A stretch of 64,000 nt of DNA from Longimicrobiales bacterium (GCA_965116905.1 OZ220732.1:1312001-1376000), one strand, 5' to 3'. Counted from the stretch's first letter, positions 9,483 through 20,578 are shown. Notes: a model not told the origin generated them from the sequence alone. Made by a program: numbers and translations.

Positions 9483-10787
9483 TCAGACCGTCGCGTCGAG
9501 GCCCCGGGCTGCCGCCACCTCGCGGGCGCTGGGGTTCACGGAGGGTCGGAAGGGCACGTCGCACACGCGCGCGGGGTCCGGCCGCCCCGGCTCGCTGGCG
9601 TACTCGTCGGGCAGCCACACCGTAAGTTCCGTGCCGACGGCCGACCTGCCCACGGGGACCCAGCCGAGCGCGATGTTGCAGCCCAGTTCCGGGGCGTACC
9701 ACGGCGAGGTGAGGTAGCCGATGGGGTCGCCGCCGTCCGCGTCCGACACGAGCCAGAAATCCGGGGCGTAGTCGTCAATGGGCTTTCCGCCCAGGGTCAT
9801 CCCGGCCATGACCATCGCGAAGGGGCAGCGCCCGGCATCGAGTTCGGCTCGCTGGCGCTCCAACGCGGCCCGCCCGATGTAGTCCCCCATCTTCTCGCGC
9901 GGCACCTGGTAGGCCAGGTTGCACTGGAACGGACTCGTCTCGTGGTCGATGTCCTGGCCCCAGGAGAGGATTCCCGCCTGGATCCGGCGCTGGTGGCCCG
10001 GCGCGATGACCATCAACCGGTGCGCCTCCCCGGCTGCGAGCACGGCGCGCCACAGCTTCTCGGCGTGCAGGGTGGCGTCCCGCAGGTAGATCTCGTACCC
10101 CTTCTCGCCCGAAAAACCGGACTGGGAAATCACCACGGAAGTGCCCGCGATCTCCGCCTGCATGAGGCCGTAGTAGGGGATGTCCCGGACGCCGTCACCC
10201 ACCAGGTCGGCCATGAGAGCGAGCGACTTCGGCCCCTGGATCTGCAGCGGACAGACATCGATTTCGTCGATCTCCACGTCCATGCGGAGCCCCGCGTTCA
10301 CGCCCTGCAGCCAGAACAGAAGGTCGGAGTCGGCCAGCGAGAACCAGAACTCGTCCCCGGAAAGGCGCAGCAGCACCGGGTCGTTGAGAATGCCGCCCCT
10401 CTCGTTGCAGACGATGACGTATTTTGCGTGCATTGGCTCGATTCGGGTCGCATCGCGCGTGATCACGTAGTCGGTGAATCGCTCCGCGTCCGGTCCCCTG
10501 ACCCGGATCTGGCGCTCCACCGCGACATTCCACACCGTGACGTGCCGCGTCAGCGCCTCGTGCTCCGCCGCCGCGCCGCCGTCCTCGGGCCGAACGTAGC
10601 CGCGGGGGTGGTAGATGCGGTTGTACACGGTGGCCCGCCAGCAGCCCGCTTCATGCGACAGATGCCAGTAGGGGGACTTCCGGACCCGGGTTGAGATGAG
10701 CATCTCGACCGGTGTGCGGCCGCTCTGGCGCAGGTTGATCGGGACGACCCTGTCGGACTGGTCCACGCTGGTCGGTTGATGGATCAT
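9483..10787 (-). CDS. GcvT/DmdA-like folate-dependent aminomethyltransferase or demethylase
   Basis: RVRKSPY, VWNVAVERQI, GGILNDPVLLRL, LQIQGPKS, SQSGFSGEKGYEIY, RRIQAGILSWGQD; GGAG RBS before MIHQ. Confidence 0.85.
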   Translation of the reverse strand: MIHQPTSVDQSDRVVPINLRQSGRTPVEMLISTRVRKSPYWHLSHEAGCWRATVYNRIYHPRGYVRPEDGGAAAEHEALTRHVTVWNVAVERQIRVRGPDAERFTDYVITRDATRIEPMHAKYVIVCNERGGILNDPVLLRLSGDEFWFSLADSDLLFWLQGVNAGLRMDVEIDEIDVCPLQIQGPKSLALMADLVGDGVRDIPYYGLMQAEIAGTSVVISQSGFSGEKGYEIYLRDATLHAEKLWRAVLAAGEAHRLMVIAPGHQRRIQAGILSWGQDIDHETSPFQCNLAYQVPREKMGDYIGRAALERQRAELDAGRCPFAMVMAGMTLGGKPIDDYAPDFWLVSDADGGDPIGYLTSPWYAPELGCNIALGWVPVGRSAVGTELTVWLPDEYASEPGRPDPARVCDVPFRPSVNPSAREVAAARGLDATV

Positions 10788-11001
10788 CGCCGGGGCTTTC
10801 TCCGGTTGCATGGTTGGGAGTGAGGGGGTCGCCAGCACGACCCCCCGGGGCCGGTTCAGCATGTCGGCTGAAACGCCCTGTAGCAAGGCGACCCGAGGCG
10901 AGCCCTTTGGGTTCGCGGATACTCGGCAGCGGGACTATCGTAGGTCTACGAACACGCGCCCCGGGATGGAATCCGACAGCCCCCAAGGGAGGATGGCCGC
11001 G

Positions 11002-12594
11002 ATGAAAGCCGGGCGACACCGACGCACCACGGCGGATTCCGGGCTGTGGAAGGGGCTGAATCCCGCGATGGCGCTGGCCGCCAAGGGCGTCGTCCTGGCG
11101 TTCGTCGTGGCCACGGTCTGGGACGTGGAGGCGGCGGGCGCCGTCTTCGGCCGCATCCGCGCCTGGATCGAGGGGACGCTCGACTGGTTCTACATCCTGA
11201 CCGTCGCGGCAGCCGTGCTCACCTGCCTGTTTCTGGTATTCAGCCGGTTCGGCCGGATCCGGCTCGGCGACGACGCTTCGCCGCCCGAGTTCAAGACGTC
11301 GTCCTGGATCGCCATGCTGTTTTCGGCCGGCATCGGAATCGGACTGCTGTTCTTCTCCATCGCCGAACCCCTGTTCTACTTCGACAACAGCCAGACCGCG
11401 GGCTACCCCAACAACCCGAGCGCCGACCTCGCGGGCGCCGTGTTGCTCGACGAGCAGCGTGCGGTGCATGCCATGCGGGTCACCTACTTCCATTGGGGCA
11501 TTCACGGTTGGTCCGTGTACGTTCTGGTCGGGCTCTGTCTGGCGTACTTCGGGTTTCGCAAGAAGCTGCCGCTGACGCTGCGCTCGGCCCTGTACCCTCT
11601 CATCGGCGAGCGCATCTACGGCCCGGTCGGCGACCTCGTGGACCTGTTGGCCGTCTTCGGCGGTGTCTTCGGGATCGCGACCTCGCTGGGCCTCGGGGCA
11701 AGCCAGATGGCCACCGGACTCGACGTGCTCTTCGGCGTTGCGCCGGGTGTGGTCACCCAGATCGCCCTCATCGCCGCCATTTCGCTGGCGGCCACCCTGT
11801 CGGCAGTGTCCGGCGTGCGCCGCGGCATCCGCGTCCTGTCCGAATGGAACATCCGCCTGAGCCTTGTCCTGCTGGGATGCTTCCTGCTTCTGGGCCCATT
11901 CGGCTGGCTCGCGGGCTTCGTCGCGTCGTCGCTCGGCGAATACCTGTGGCACCTGGTGCCCATGTCATTCTGGATCGCCGATGACCCGGGGGAAGCCGCC
12001 TGGCAGAACGGCTGGACGATCTTCTACTGGGGGTGGTGGATCTCCTGGGCCCCCTTCGTCGGCACGTTCATCGCGCGCATTTCCCGTGGGCGCACCCTGC
12101 GCGAGTTCATCGTGGGCGTGATGTTCGTCCCGACCGCCCTGGTGCTGCTCTGGTTCGGGATCTTCGGCGGCAACGCCATCCATCTGGAACTCACTGCCGC
12201 GGGCGGCGTCGGAACCGCCGGGGTCATGGAGCTTGTGCGGGCGGCGAACTACGAAGCCGCGCTCTTCGCGACGTTCGACCGGATGAGCGACATCGGCTGG
12301 CTCACCTGGGCCATGTCCGCCATGGCCACCCTCCTGTTGGCGACGTGGTTCGTCACGTCGTCGGACTCCGGCACCCTTGTCATCACCACCTTTCTGAGCA
12401 TGGGCGACGCTCATCCCCCACGGCGGTTCCGCATCGTCTGGGGGCTCGGGGTGGGTGTCGTGGCTGCCGTGCTCCTGCTGGCCGACGGTCTCCAGGCGCT
12501 GCAGACCGCCGCGATCGCCGCCGCCCTGCCCGTGAGCCTCGTGCTGCTGTTCATGATCGCCGGTCTGCTCAAGTCCCTGGCGCGCGAGCGGTGA
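11002..12594 (+). CDS. BCCT family (betaine/carnitine/choline) transporter
   Basis: SWIAMLFSAGIGIGLLF, FHWGIHGWSVY, WTIFYWGWWISWAPFVGTFIARISRGRT; GGGAGG RBS. Confidence 0.95.
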   Translation: MKAGRHRRTTADSGLWKGLNPAMALAAKGVVLAFVVATVWDVEAAGAVFGRIRAWIEGTLDWFYILTVAAAVLTCLFLVFSRFGRIRLGDDASPPEFKTSSWIAMLFSAGIGIGLLFFSIAEPLFYFDNSQTAGYPNNPSADLAGAVLLDEQRAVHAMRVTYFHWGIHGWSVYVLVGLCLAYFGFRKKLPLTLRSALYPLIGERIYGPVGDLVDLLAVFGGVFGIATSLGLGASQMATGLDVLFGVAPGVVTQIALIAAISLAATLSAVSGVRRGIRVLSEWNIRLSLVLLGCFLLLGPFGWLAGFVASSLGEYLWHLVPMSFWIADDPGEAAWQNGWTIFYWGWWISWAPFVGTFIARISRGRTLREFIVGVMFVPTALVLLWFGIFGGNAIHLELTAAGGVGTAGVMELVRAANYEAALFATFDRMSDIGWLTWAMSAMATLLLATWFVTSSDSGTLVITTFLSMGDAHPPRRFRIVWGLGVGVVAAVLLLADGLQALQTAAIAAALPVSLVLLFMIAGLLKSLARER

Positions 12595-12612
12595 GGCCCC
12601 GCTGCACCGGCG

Positions 12613-14724
12613 CTACCGCACGCTGAACTGAATCCGCAATGTGCGGCCGGGCTGGGGCAGGCCACACTGGTCCAGCACGACGGAGTCGGTGAGATTGGCC
12701 GCCCCCAGGGCGACGTCCACGGTGCGGCCCGATCCCCCGCGCCCGGCCACGAACACCTTCCGGGCCTCAAGGTCGAAGGTGGCGCTGGCGTCCATGCGCT
12801 CCAGACCGGTGACCTCCACGTTCTGGCAGTATTGAACCCCGCGGAACCTGAGGAAGCCACTGACGGTGACCTCCTTCGGGACGATGGCACCCAGATTGAG
12901 CGTCCCGGAAACAGCCGGCGCATACTCCGCTCTGTGATCGCCGCCGGGGACCCCGGGATCACGGATGCGTATCCTTTGCAGGGTGAGGCCGCCGCCGAAG
13001 GTAAAGGCATCGCGGGTTCCCGCCGTGAGCACTTCGAGTCCGGTGGACCGCACCTCGTCGCGGTTGACTCGCTTGAAACGGGGGCCTTCCGTGGTCACCG
13101 TGCTGGTGCGTACGATCCCATCCCTGAGCCTGTGGTGAAAGCCGACCATCTGCAACTGCGTTTCACCGACACTGATTGTGACCCCGGCCTCGCCCGCGAC
13201 CAGGTTCTCGGGTCGCAGCTCGGGATTCGGCTCGAATCGTCCCAGGGCCCCCGAATACAGTTCGCGAAGCGACGGGAACCGCGTGCGCCGGCTCAGCCCC
13301 GCGTGATAGAGCGCGTTGCCGCCCATGCCCGAGCGAGTGATTCCGGTACGCATGCCCCAGTCCCAGAGGGTGCCCAGCGGCGGCTTGTCGCCCGAGCGCG
13401 GCGTGTTGGACCCGTCCACCGAGGTCCCGAGTGTCCAGCGTGTACCACCGCTTCCTCCCTCGCTACCCCCCCCGCCGATCTCCACTTCGCCCCCCAGGCT
13501 CCAGAGACGCTGCTGATAGTCGAAGCTCTCCCCGGACGCGAACGTCTCGGTGTGGCTGACGTTGGCGATGGTCAGCGCGCTCCGAACGTCGGCCCCGATA
13601 TCGAACAGGTGGTCTCCCAGGATACGTCCCGTCAGGGTCGAGGTCTCGCCCTTCTCGCCGTCCACGACGGTCCGATATGCCGCGGTGGCGTACTCGTCGA
13701 TCTCGGTGGTCGACCGGTTCATCCCCAGGCTGGCCTGGAGATCACCTTCACCGGAGCTCGTGCTCCGCCTGCCCGTGCCCCCCGACAGCGTCAGAAACAG
13801 GCGCGACTGGTGAGGGTAGCGCCAGAGTCGAGGGTCCTCGACATGCGCTTCCGGAGGCACTCCGCGCTCGATCCCCGAGGCGCTTGCGAGCGTCGAGAAC
13901 CAGGCACCGCCCTCTCCGCGGTAGCGCGTGGAAAAAAAGCCGTCGATCAGCTGCCGGTCGGAATTGAGGCGCCGCCCCTCGTCGTCGGCCAGCAGCGCGT
14001 GGTTCAGATTGCCATCCTCCCCGGCGCTGCCAGGGACCGTCACGCCGGGGCTGTCCCGATAGGCGCCACCGCCGCGCACGGTCCATGTGGAGGCGTCTCG
14101 CTCGATCATTGCGCCTGCCGTTGCGCTCGCGTTGGTCCCGCCTGCCTCGTCGACCGACACCGCCCCTACGAACGGTGGAACCGGCCCTTCGAGCGACGTT
14201 CCCCTCCCGATGTCGAATTCGATGGCTCCGCCGAGAACGTTGGGTCCGTGGAGCATCGAGGAGAGTCCGCGCAGAAGCGTGACGTTGCGGAACGCCGTGA
14301 GCGGGATGACCGACATGTCGGTTCGGTGGTCCCACCCCACGGTCAGGGGGATGCCGTCGAGCAGGATCGCGATCTGGCGGTCTTCCGCGCCGCGCATGTC
14401 GGGCTGCGCCTCGCCGCGAGAGTTGGCCCGCACCTGAATCATGGGCATCCTGCGCAGGAAGTCCTCCATGGTCGGTGCGGCGAGTACGCCGGCCGAGTCG
14501 AGCGAGATCTCGACGGCGCTGGTGCCCCCGGTCGTGGTCGACGGACGCGGAACCTCAACCCTCAGGCCGCGCACTTCCATGACGAGGGTGTCGGTGGCGA
14601 CCGACGTCGTGTCCTGCGCCGCCGCCCCGGTCGCCATTCCGACCGCAAACAGGGCCAGAACGGCGGTGATCGGCCGAGTTTCGAGACGGCGGATTCCGGC
14701 TCGCCGCGCACGGCCATCGATCAT
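12613..14724 (-). CDS. TonB-dependent receptor
   Basis: Signal peptide, plug (NSRGE, MRG, LLDGIP, LHGPNVLGGAI), RFPSLRELY, NPELRPE, C-terminal PGRTLRIQFSVR. Confidence 0.8.
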   Translation of the reverse strand: MIDGRARRAGIRRLETRPITAVLALFAVGMATGAAAQDTTSVATDTLVMEVRGLRVEVPRPSTTTGGTSAVEISLDSAGVLAAPTMEDFLRRMPMIQVRANSRGEAQPDMRGAEDRQIAILLDGIPLTVGWDHRTDMSVIPLTAFRNVTLLRGLSSMLHGPNVLGGAIEFDIGRGTSLEGPVPPFVGAVSVDEAGGTNASATAGAMIERDASTWTVRGGGAYRDSPGVTVPGSAGEDGNLNHALLADDEGRRLNSDRQLIDGFFSTRYRGEGGAWFSTLASASGIERGVPPEAHVEDPRLWRYPHQSRLFLTLSGGTGRRSTSSGEGDLQASLGMNRSTTEIDEYATAAYRTVVDGEKGETSTLTGRILGDHLFDIGADVRSALTIANVSHTETFASGESFDYQQRLWSLGGEVEIGGGGSEGGSGGTRWTLGTSVDGSNTPRSGDKPPLGTLWDWGMRTGITRSGMGGNALYHAGLSRRTRFPSLRELYSGALGRFEPNPELRPENLVAGEAGVTISVGETQLQMVGFHHRLRDGIVRTSTVTTEGPRFKRVNRDEVRSTGLEVLTAGTRDAFTFGGGLTLQRIRIRDPGVPGGDHRAEYAPAVSGTLNLGAIVPKEVTVSGFLRFRGVQYCQNVEVTGLERMDASATFDLEARKVFVAGRGGSGRTVDVALGAANLTDSVVLDQCGLPQPGRTLRIQFSVR

Positions 14725-14734
14725 GTGTGGCGGT

Positions 14735-16765
14735 TCATCCCTTCTGGAGATACTGACTTCGAATGGCGTCGCACACAGCTTCCACCGTGATTCCGTAGTG
14801 GCGGTAGATTTCCTGGAAAGGGGCCGAAGCGCCAAAGCGGTCGATACCGATTGCAGTGCCTTTTGCTCCCACCCAACGCTCCCATCCCATCGTGGTGCCG
14901 GCCTCGACCGATACCCTCAGTACGTCGTTCGGGAGGATCTGTTCCTGGTAACCGGCCGATTGTGCCGCGAACAGGTGCCAACTTGGCATACTCACGACCC
15001 GCACGCCGATGCTTTCGTTGACGAGGTGCGCCCGTGCCTCGAGGGCAATCGCGACTTCGGATCCGGATGCGACCACCACGGCGTCAAGGCCCGTTCCGGC
15101 GGGCGCATCTCGCAGCACGTAGGCTCCGCGGTGGAGCTGGTCGGCCGAGGGCCCTGCCTCTCCCCTGTCGATCACGGGCACGGTCTGGCGGGTCAGGGCG
15201 AGGAACGACGGCCCCTCGCGATAGGTGAGCGCCGCGCGCCATGCCTCGGCGGTCTCGGGGCCGTCCGCGGGACGGAGGTCCAGGAGGCCGGGGATGGCCC
15301 GGAGCGCGGCGAGCTGCTCTATGGGCTGGTGCGTCGGCCCGTCCTCGCCCAGGCCGATGCTGTCGTGCGTGAACACATAGGTGACCGGAAGCCCCATCAG
15401 TGCGGCAAGCCGAATCGACGGCCGCATGTAGTCCGAGAAGATGAGGAAGGTGCCACCGAAGGGATGGATGCCACCGTGCAGCGCCATGCCGTTCATGACC
15501 GCCCCCATCGCATGCTCGCGCACGCCGAAGTGCACGATCCTCCCGCCGGGATTGTCGCGGAGCAGATCCCCGCTTCCGACGATATCGGTCTTGTTCGAAC
15601 CGCCCAGATCCGCGGAACCGCCGAGCATCGTCGGCAAGGCACTCGCGGCGCCCTGCAGGACCTTGCCCGAGTGGTTCCGGGTGGCGGTCGGCGGCGCCGA
15701 GGACAGGTCCGGCAGCGCATCGTCCCAACCGTCGGGCAGTTCACCCGCCATGACGGCCTCGAACTCGGCCGCAAGCTCCGGGAAGGCGGTGCGGTACGCC
15801 TCAAATCGCCGCTTCCATGCCTCCTGGTGCGCGGCCCCGGCGGCCGCCGCTCCGCGCCAATGCTCCAGGGCGGCGGGCTCCACGTGGAAGGGCTCGTGCG
15901 ACGGATACCCGATGTTGCGCTTGGTCGCCTCGATCTCGTCCTGCCCGAGCGGTGCCCCGTGGGTGGCCGCGGTGCCCGCCATGTTGGGACTTCCTTCCGC
16001 GATGGTCGTCCGCAGGACGATCAGCGACGGACGCTCGACCTCGGCCCTGGCGGCCAGGAGGGCCGCGTCGATGGCTTCGAGATCGGTTCCGTCGTCCACC
16101 GCAAGCGTGTGCCAGCCGTACCCCCGGAAGCGTTGGGACTGATCCGTCGCGGTGGCCAGATCGGTCGCGCCCTCGATCGTGATTCGGTTGTCGTCGAAGA
16201 TCCATGTCAGCTTGGCGAGCCCCTGGTGTCCGGCGATCTCCGCGGCCTCGTGGGAAATCCCCTCCATGAGGTCGCCGTCGGAACAGAGCGCATAGGTCCG
16301 GTGACCCACGACGTCGTGGCCGGACCGGTTGTAGCGATTCGCCAGCCAGCGTTCCGCCAGCGCCATGCCGACCGAATTGGCGACGCCCTGGCCCAGGGGT
16401 CCGGTCGTGGTTTCGACGCCCGGCGTGTGGCCGTACTCCGGGTGGCCCGGCGTCTTGCTGCCCCACTGCCGGAACCGCCTGATGTCGTCCAGCGTGAGAT
16501 CGTACCCGGTGAGGTACAGGAGGCTGTAGATGAGCATGGACGCGTGGCCGGCCGAGAGAACGAACCGGTCGCGGTCGATCCAGCCCGGGTCGCGGGGGTT
16601 GTGCCGCAGGTGCCGGGTCCAGAGCGCATAGCCGACGGGCGCAAGCGCCATGGGCGTGCCGGGATGCCCGGAGTTGGCCTCCTGGACTGCGTCCATGGCC
16701 AGTGTCTTGACGGTGTCGATTGCAAGCTGCTCGATGGTCGTGGACGTGCCCGCGGCCAGGGGCAT
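14735..16765 (-). CDS. tkt: Transketolase
   Basis: [62 protein letters not shown]. Confidence 0.97.
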   Translation of the reverse strand: MPLAAGTSTTIEQLAIDTVKTLAMDAVQEANSGHPGTPMALAPVGYALWTRHLRHNPRDPGWIDRDRFVLSAGHASMLIYSLLYLTGYDLTLDDIRRFRQWGSKTPGHPEYGHTPGVETTTGPLGQGVANSVGMALAERWLANRYNRSGHDVVGHRTYALCSDGDLMEGISHEAAEIAGHQGLAKLTWIFDDNRITIEGATDLATATDQSQRFRGYGWHTLAVDDGTDLEAIDAALLAARAEVERPSLIVLRTTIAEGSPNMAGTAATHGAPLGQDEIEATKRNIGYPSHEPFHVEPAALEHWRGAAAAGAAHQEAWKRRFEAYRTAFPELAAEFEAVMAGELPDGWDDALPDLSSAPPTATRNHSGKVLQGAASALPTMLGGSADLGGSNKTDIVGSGDLLRDNPGGRIVHFGVREHAMGAVMNGMALHGGIHPFGGTFLIFSDYMRPSIRLAALMGLPVTYVFTHDSIGLGEDGPTHQPIEQLAALRAIPGLLDLRPADGPETAEAWRAALTYREGPSFLALTRQTVPVIDRGEAGPSADQLHRGAYVLRDAPAGTGLDAVVVASGSEVAIALEARAHLVNESIGVRVVSMPSWHLFAAQSAGYQEQILPNDVLRVSVEAGTTMGWERWVGAKGTAIGIDRFGASAPFQEIYRHYGITVEAVCDAIRSQYLQKG

Positions 16766-16799
16766 GGCTCAGCCTCGCTTCCTGTTGGTCACTGGTTGG

Positions 16800-19325
16800 T
16801 CACTGGACTCTGGCGGTTTCCCTCGCGACGACGAAGTTCAGGAGGCGATCCTTGACGTGGATGATGCGCCGGACATCCATCCCCTCCAGATGGCGTGCCA
16901 CATTTTCTTCCGCGCGGGCGAGGGCTGCGACGCCCTCGCGGTCGGCGCCCGCCGGCGCGGCGACCGTGCCGCGCACCTTGCCGTTCACCTGCACCGCGAT
17001 GCGGACCTGCTGCTCGACCGCCTTTTCGGGATCGAACGCGGGCCAGTTCGCGCCGGCGAAGATGCTCTCGCGGTGCCCCAGCCGTTGCCACAGCTCCTCG
17101 GCCATGTGGGGCGCGAAGGGCGCGATCAGGGGCACCAGAGGCTCGACCTCGGCCCGGCAGGGCGTCCTGCCGCCGGCCCGCGCCGCGTTCAGGTATTCCA
17201 TCATGGCGGCGATCGCCGTGTTGTAGCGCAGTTCGGCGATTTGCCGCGTGGTCTGCTTGATCGTGCGGTGCAGCTTCCGTTCCAGAGCCGCGTCGGGAGC
17301 GCCTTCGCGCAGTTCGCCATCGCGCGGCACGACGGACTCCCAGAGCCGGTGGAGGAAGCCGTGCGGGCCGGAGATGCCCCGGTCCTGGTAGTCCCCGCCC
17401 GCCATGAAGGGGCCGAGGAACATGAGGTAGAGGCGGAAGGTGTCGGCGCCGTACCGCTCGATGATCGGGTCGGGTACGATGACGTTGCCCTTGCTCTTGG
17501 ACATCTTCGCGCCCTCCCGGATGATCAGCCCGTGGGCGCGGAACTGGTCGTAGGGTTCCTCGAAATCGAGCCAGCCCATGTCGTGCAGGGCCATGATGGC
17601 GAAGCGGGAATAGAGCAGATGGAGCACGGCGTGCTCGTTTCCGCCGATGTAGGTGTCGACGGGGAGCCAACGCCGGGTGATGTCGGGGTCGAAGGGCCGG
17701 TCGTCGAAGTCGGTGGACGGGTAGCGGAGGAAGTACCACGCGCTGTCCAGGAAGGTGTCCGACACGTCGGTCTCGCGCGTGGCGTCCCGCCCGCACTTCG
17801 GGCACGGCACTTCGTACCAGTCGCGCACCCTCGCCAGCGGACTGACGCCCGACTCGTCCGGACGGAAATCCTCCACTCTCGGGAGCAGGACGGGAAGATC
17901 CTCTTCGGGGACGGGCACGGCTCCGCAGTCGTCGCAGTGAATGATCGGGATGGGCGGGCCCCAGTACCGCTGGCGCGAGATGCACCAGTCGTGCAGGCGG
18001 TAGTTGACCTGGGCCTCGGCGAGCCCACGGGCCGCCAGGTCCTCCGTAATCGCCCCCTTCGCCTCGGAGGGCCGCAGTCCGTCGTAGCGGCCCGAGTTCA
18101 CCAGCGTGCCGCGCGGGAACTCGTACGCGATTTCGAGCGGGGTATCGGCGTCGTGTCCGTCGTCGGCGACGACCCGGACGATGGGAAGACCGTATTCGGT
18201 CGCGAAATCGAAGTCGCGCTCGTCGTGCCCCGGAACCGCCATGATGGCGCCGGTCCCGTATCCCATCAGCACGTAGTCGGCGATCCACACCGGTACCGGC
18301 TTGCCGGTCGCCGGATTGAGGCAGTAGCCCCCCGTGAACACCCCCGTCTTGTGCTTCTCGATCTTCTGCCGCGCCACGAGGTCCATCGCCCTGGTGCGCG
18401 ACCGGTAGGCGTTCACGCGCTCCCGGCAATCGTCCGAGGTGACCGAATCCACCATCGGGTGCTCGGGGGCCAGAACCATGTAGGTGGCGCCGAACACCGT
18501 ATCCGGGCGCGTGGTGAACACGGGGATCAGGGGCCGCTCACCGCCGTCGCCGTCGGTATCGCCGTCCGCACCGCCGTCGCCCTCGCCCCCGCCCAGGACG
18601 GGGAACCGGAGTTCCGCGCCCTGCGACCGGCGGATCCAGGCCCGCTGGGCCTTGCGCGTGGTATCGGACCAGTCCAGGCCGGGGAGGTTGTCCAGCAGGC
18701 GCCCCGCATACTCGGTGATTTTCAGGAACCACTGACGGATGAAGCGCTGCTCAACCGGGGTGCCGCACCGTTCGCACGCCCCTACGACGACCTGTTCGTT
18801 GGCCAGGACCGTCATGTCCGAAGGGCACCAGTTGACCGGCGCCTCCTTCTGCTCGGCGAGACCGTGCTTGAAGAACTGCAGAAAGAGCCACTGAGTCCAC
18901 TTGTAGTACTCCGGGGCGGTCGTGTCGACGGTGTGACGCCAATCGAACATTCCGCCCATTCGCCGGAGCTGGCGGGTGAAGTTGGCCACGTTCGCCGGAA
19001 TGAGGTCCATGGGATGGATGCCCGCCTTCAGGGCGAAGTTCTCCGAGTGGATTCCGAACGCGTCGAAGCCGATCGGCTCGAACACGTCGTGACCCTGCAG
19101 GCGCTTGAAGCGTCCGTGCACGTCCGCGCCGGTGAAGGCGTAGATATTTCCGACATGCAGCCCCTCGGCCGAGGGATACGGGAACATCATCAGGTTGAAA
19201 AACGGCCGCTCCGCGTTGCGCAGTTGCTCCAGGGTAAGGGAGTTGGTTCCGTCGCGATCCCATTTGGCCTGCCACCTGCTCTCGAGGGTGGCCGGATCGT
19301 ATGTCCTGTCGGCTTCCGTGGACAT
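16800..19325 (-). CDS. leuS: Leucyl-tRNA synthetase
   Basis: MFPYPSAEGLHVGN (HIGH), FTTRPDT editing domain, GTGAIMAVPGHDERD, DWCISRQRYWG, KMSKS, VQVNGKVR. Confidence 0.97.
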   Translation of the reverse strand: MSTEADRTYDPATLESRWQAKWDRDGTNSLTLEQLRNAERPFFNLMMFPYPSAEGLHVGNIYAFTGADVHGRFKRLQGHDVFEPIGFDAFGIHSENFALKAGIHPMDLIPANVANFTRQLRRMGGMFDWRHTVDTTAPEYYKWTQWLFLQFFKHGLAEQKEAPVNWCPSDMTVLANEQVVVGACERCGTPVEQRFIRQWFLKITEYAGRLLDNLPGLDWSDTTRKAQRAWIRRSQGAELRFPVLGGGEGDGGADGDTDGDGGERPLIPVFTTRPDTVFGATYMVLAPEHPMVDSVTSDDCRERVNAYRSRTRAMDLVARQKIEKHKTGVFTGGYCLNPATGKPVPVWIADYVLMGYGTGAIMAVPGHDERDFDFATEYGLPIVRVVADDGHDADTPLEIAYEFPRGTLVNSGRYDGLRPSEAKGAITEDLAARGLAEAQVNYRLHDWCISRQRYWGPPIPIIHCDDCGAVPVPEEDLPVLLPRVEDFRPDESGVSPLARVRDWYEVPCPKCGRDATRETDVSDTFLDSAWYFLRYPSTDFDDRPFDPDITRRWLPVDTYIGGNEHAVLHLLYSRFAIMALHDMGWLDFEEPYDQFRAHGLIIREGAKMSKSKGNVIVPDPIIERYGADTFRLYLMFLGPFMAGGDYQDRGISGPHGFLHRLWESVVPRDGELREGAPDAALERKLHRTIKQTTRQIAELRYNTAIAAMMEYLNAARAGGRTPCRAEVEPLVPLIAPFAPHMAEELWQRLGHRESIFAGANWPAFDPEKAVEQQVRIAVQVNGKVRGTVAAPAGADREGVAALARAEENVARHLEGMDVRRIIHVKDRLLNFVVARETARVQ

Positions 19326-19431
19326 CTGTCGCTGCGGTCGGAGGGTTACGTTGCCTGGTATGGGGCCCAACCCTCAAAACTAACAGCACGCGCGGCATTT
19401 GCAGTCCGCGTTCCGCTCGCCGGGACCTGCG

Positions 19432-20568
19432 TCAGCCGACCGGCTCCCGGGTGCTGCCTTCGGGCAACAGTTCGAAGGGATCGGCGACCGTGGATACTCC
19501 GCTCCCGAGTTCCTCGATCGCCTGCCTGAGCGAGCCGTTGCTTCGGTCGGTCAGCGCTTCGAAATCCGGGAGGCGATGGTAGTAGCGCATTCGGCTGAGG
19601 AGCGTTGCGTTGTTCAGCGGGGTGGCTTCGAAGCCCGAGAAGGTAAGCGCCCTCAAATGGGGACGAACCTCGTCGCGGAAGAGTCGCATGTGCCGATCGA
19701 ACACCGCCTCGCGCCGGCCGAGGCTTTCAGGGGTGGCGGCGGCCGTGTCGCCATACACCGCCTCGAGTTCGGCCACGAGGCCGTCGATGAACACCGAGAA
19801 CCGCATCACGTCCTGCCACCGGTCGCGGGCGCGGTTGCACCACACCGTGTCCGGGCCCCCACCCGGACGCGTGCAGAAGAACTCGGCCGCGCCCGTCCTT
19901 CCCACCCAGGTGGCGAAGCTCTCGTTGAAGCGCACCTGGCCGGGCACGAAGAGGTGGTTGTGGGAAAGCTCGTGGATGACCGTCGTCACGAGTTCCACCT
20001 CGTCATACCGCACGATTGTCGAGAGCAGAGGATCGGAGAACCAACCCAGGGTGCTGAAGGCGGCCGTGGGCCGAAGGTAGGTGTCGAATCCCTCGTCCTC
20101 GAGCTTCCGCTGTTCAGCGAGCGCGTCGTCGAGCGAAAAGAACCCCCGGTAGGGGACGTGACCCACCACGGGGAACCACCAGGTCCGTGACTGAAGCCTG
20201 TCCCGGTATGCGGCGGACAGGACCATCGCGAGGGTGTCGCTTTCGACTTCGCTGTAGGTGGTGTAGCTGTCGCCGACGTCGAGCGCCAGCACGTTCATGG
20301 CGAACTCGCGGGCTTCCCGTACGAGCGTGAGCTTGCCCCTGGTGCGCTCGTCCGTGGTCGGGGCCAGAATCACCTCGGGAATCGGCTGGCGCGCGCGCAG
20401 AATCTTCGCCTCCGCCCAACCCGCCTTGATCACGTACACCGGCGAGCAGGCGGTGCCCAGCCAGAGCACCGCGGCCACCATGACGAGTCCGCCAACGGCC
20501 GCGAGCCGCCTCGCCCGCGGCCGTCTGCGCACTCGCTTCACGCCACTGCCCTTCACGCCGCCCGCCAC
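19432..20568 (-). CDS. Putative zinc aminopeptidase lipoprotein (start uncertain)
   Basis: WWFPVVGHVPYRGFF, AFSTLGWFSDPLL, HELSH (HExxH), FNESFA. Confidence 0.8.
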   Translation of the reverse strand: MAGGVKGSGVKRVRRRPRARRLAAVGGLVMVAAVLWLGTACSPVYVIKAGWAEAKILRARQPIPEVILAPTTDERTRGKLTLVREAREFAMNVLALDVGDSYTTYSEVESDTLAMVLSAAYRDRLQSRTWWFPVVGHVPYRGFFSLDDALAEQRKLEDEGFDTYLRPTAAFSTLGWFSDPLLSTIVRYDEVELVTTVIHELSHNHLFVPGQVRFNESFATWVGRTGAAEFFCTRPGGGPDTVWCNRARDRWQDVMRFSVFIDGLVAELEAVYGDTAAATPESLGRREAVFDRHMRLFRDEVRPHLRALTFSGFEATPLNNATLLSRMRYYHRLPDFEALTDRSNGSLRQAIEELGSGVSTVADPFELLPEGSTREPVG

Positions 20569-20578
20569 GACCGGAGCG

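Noticed and set aside
9483..10787. Calling the GcvT-like gene gcvT or dmdA
   Set aside because: No gcvH/gcvP is nearby and the N-terminus is extended; the substrate cannot be assigned from motifs.
14441..19529. Very long ORFs antisense or shifted relative to real genes (e.g. 14441-16855, 16650-19529; also 40898-44377, 30088-32328, 56243-58573)
   Set aside because: These are shadow ORFs expected in high-GC DNA opposite genes with clear motifs, and they have no recognisable domains.
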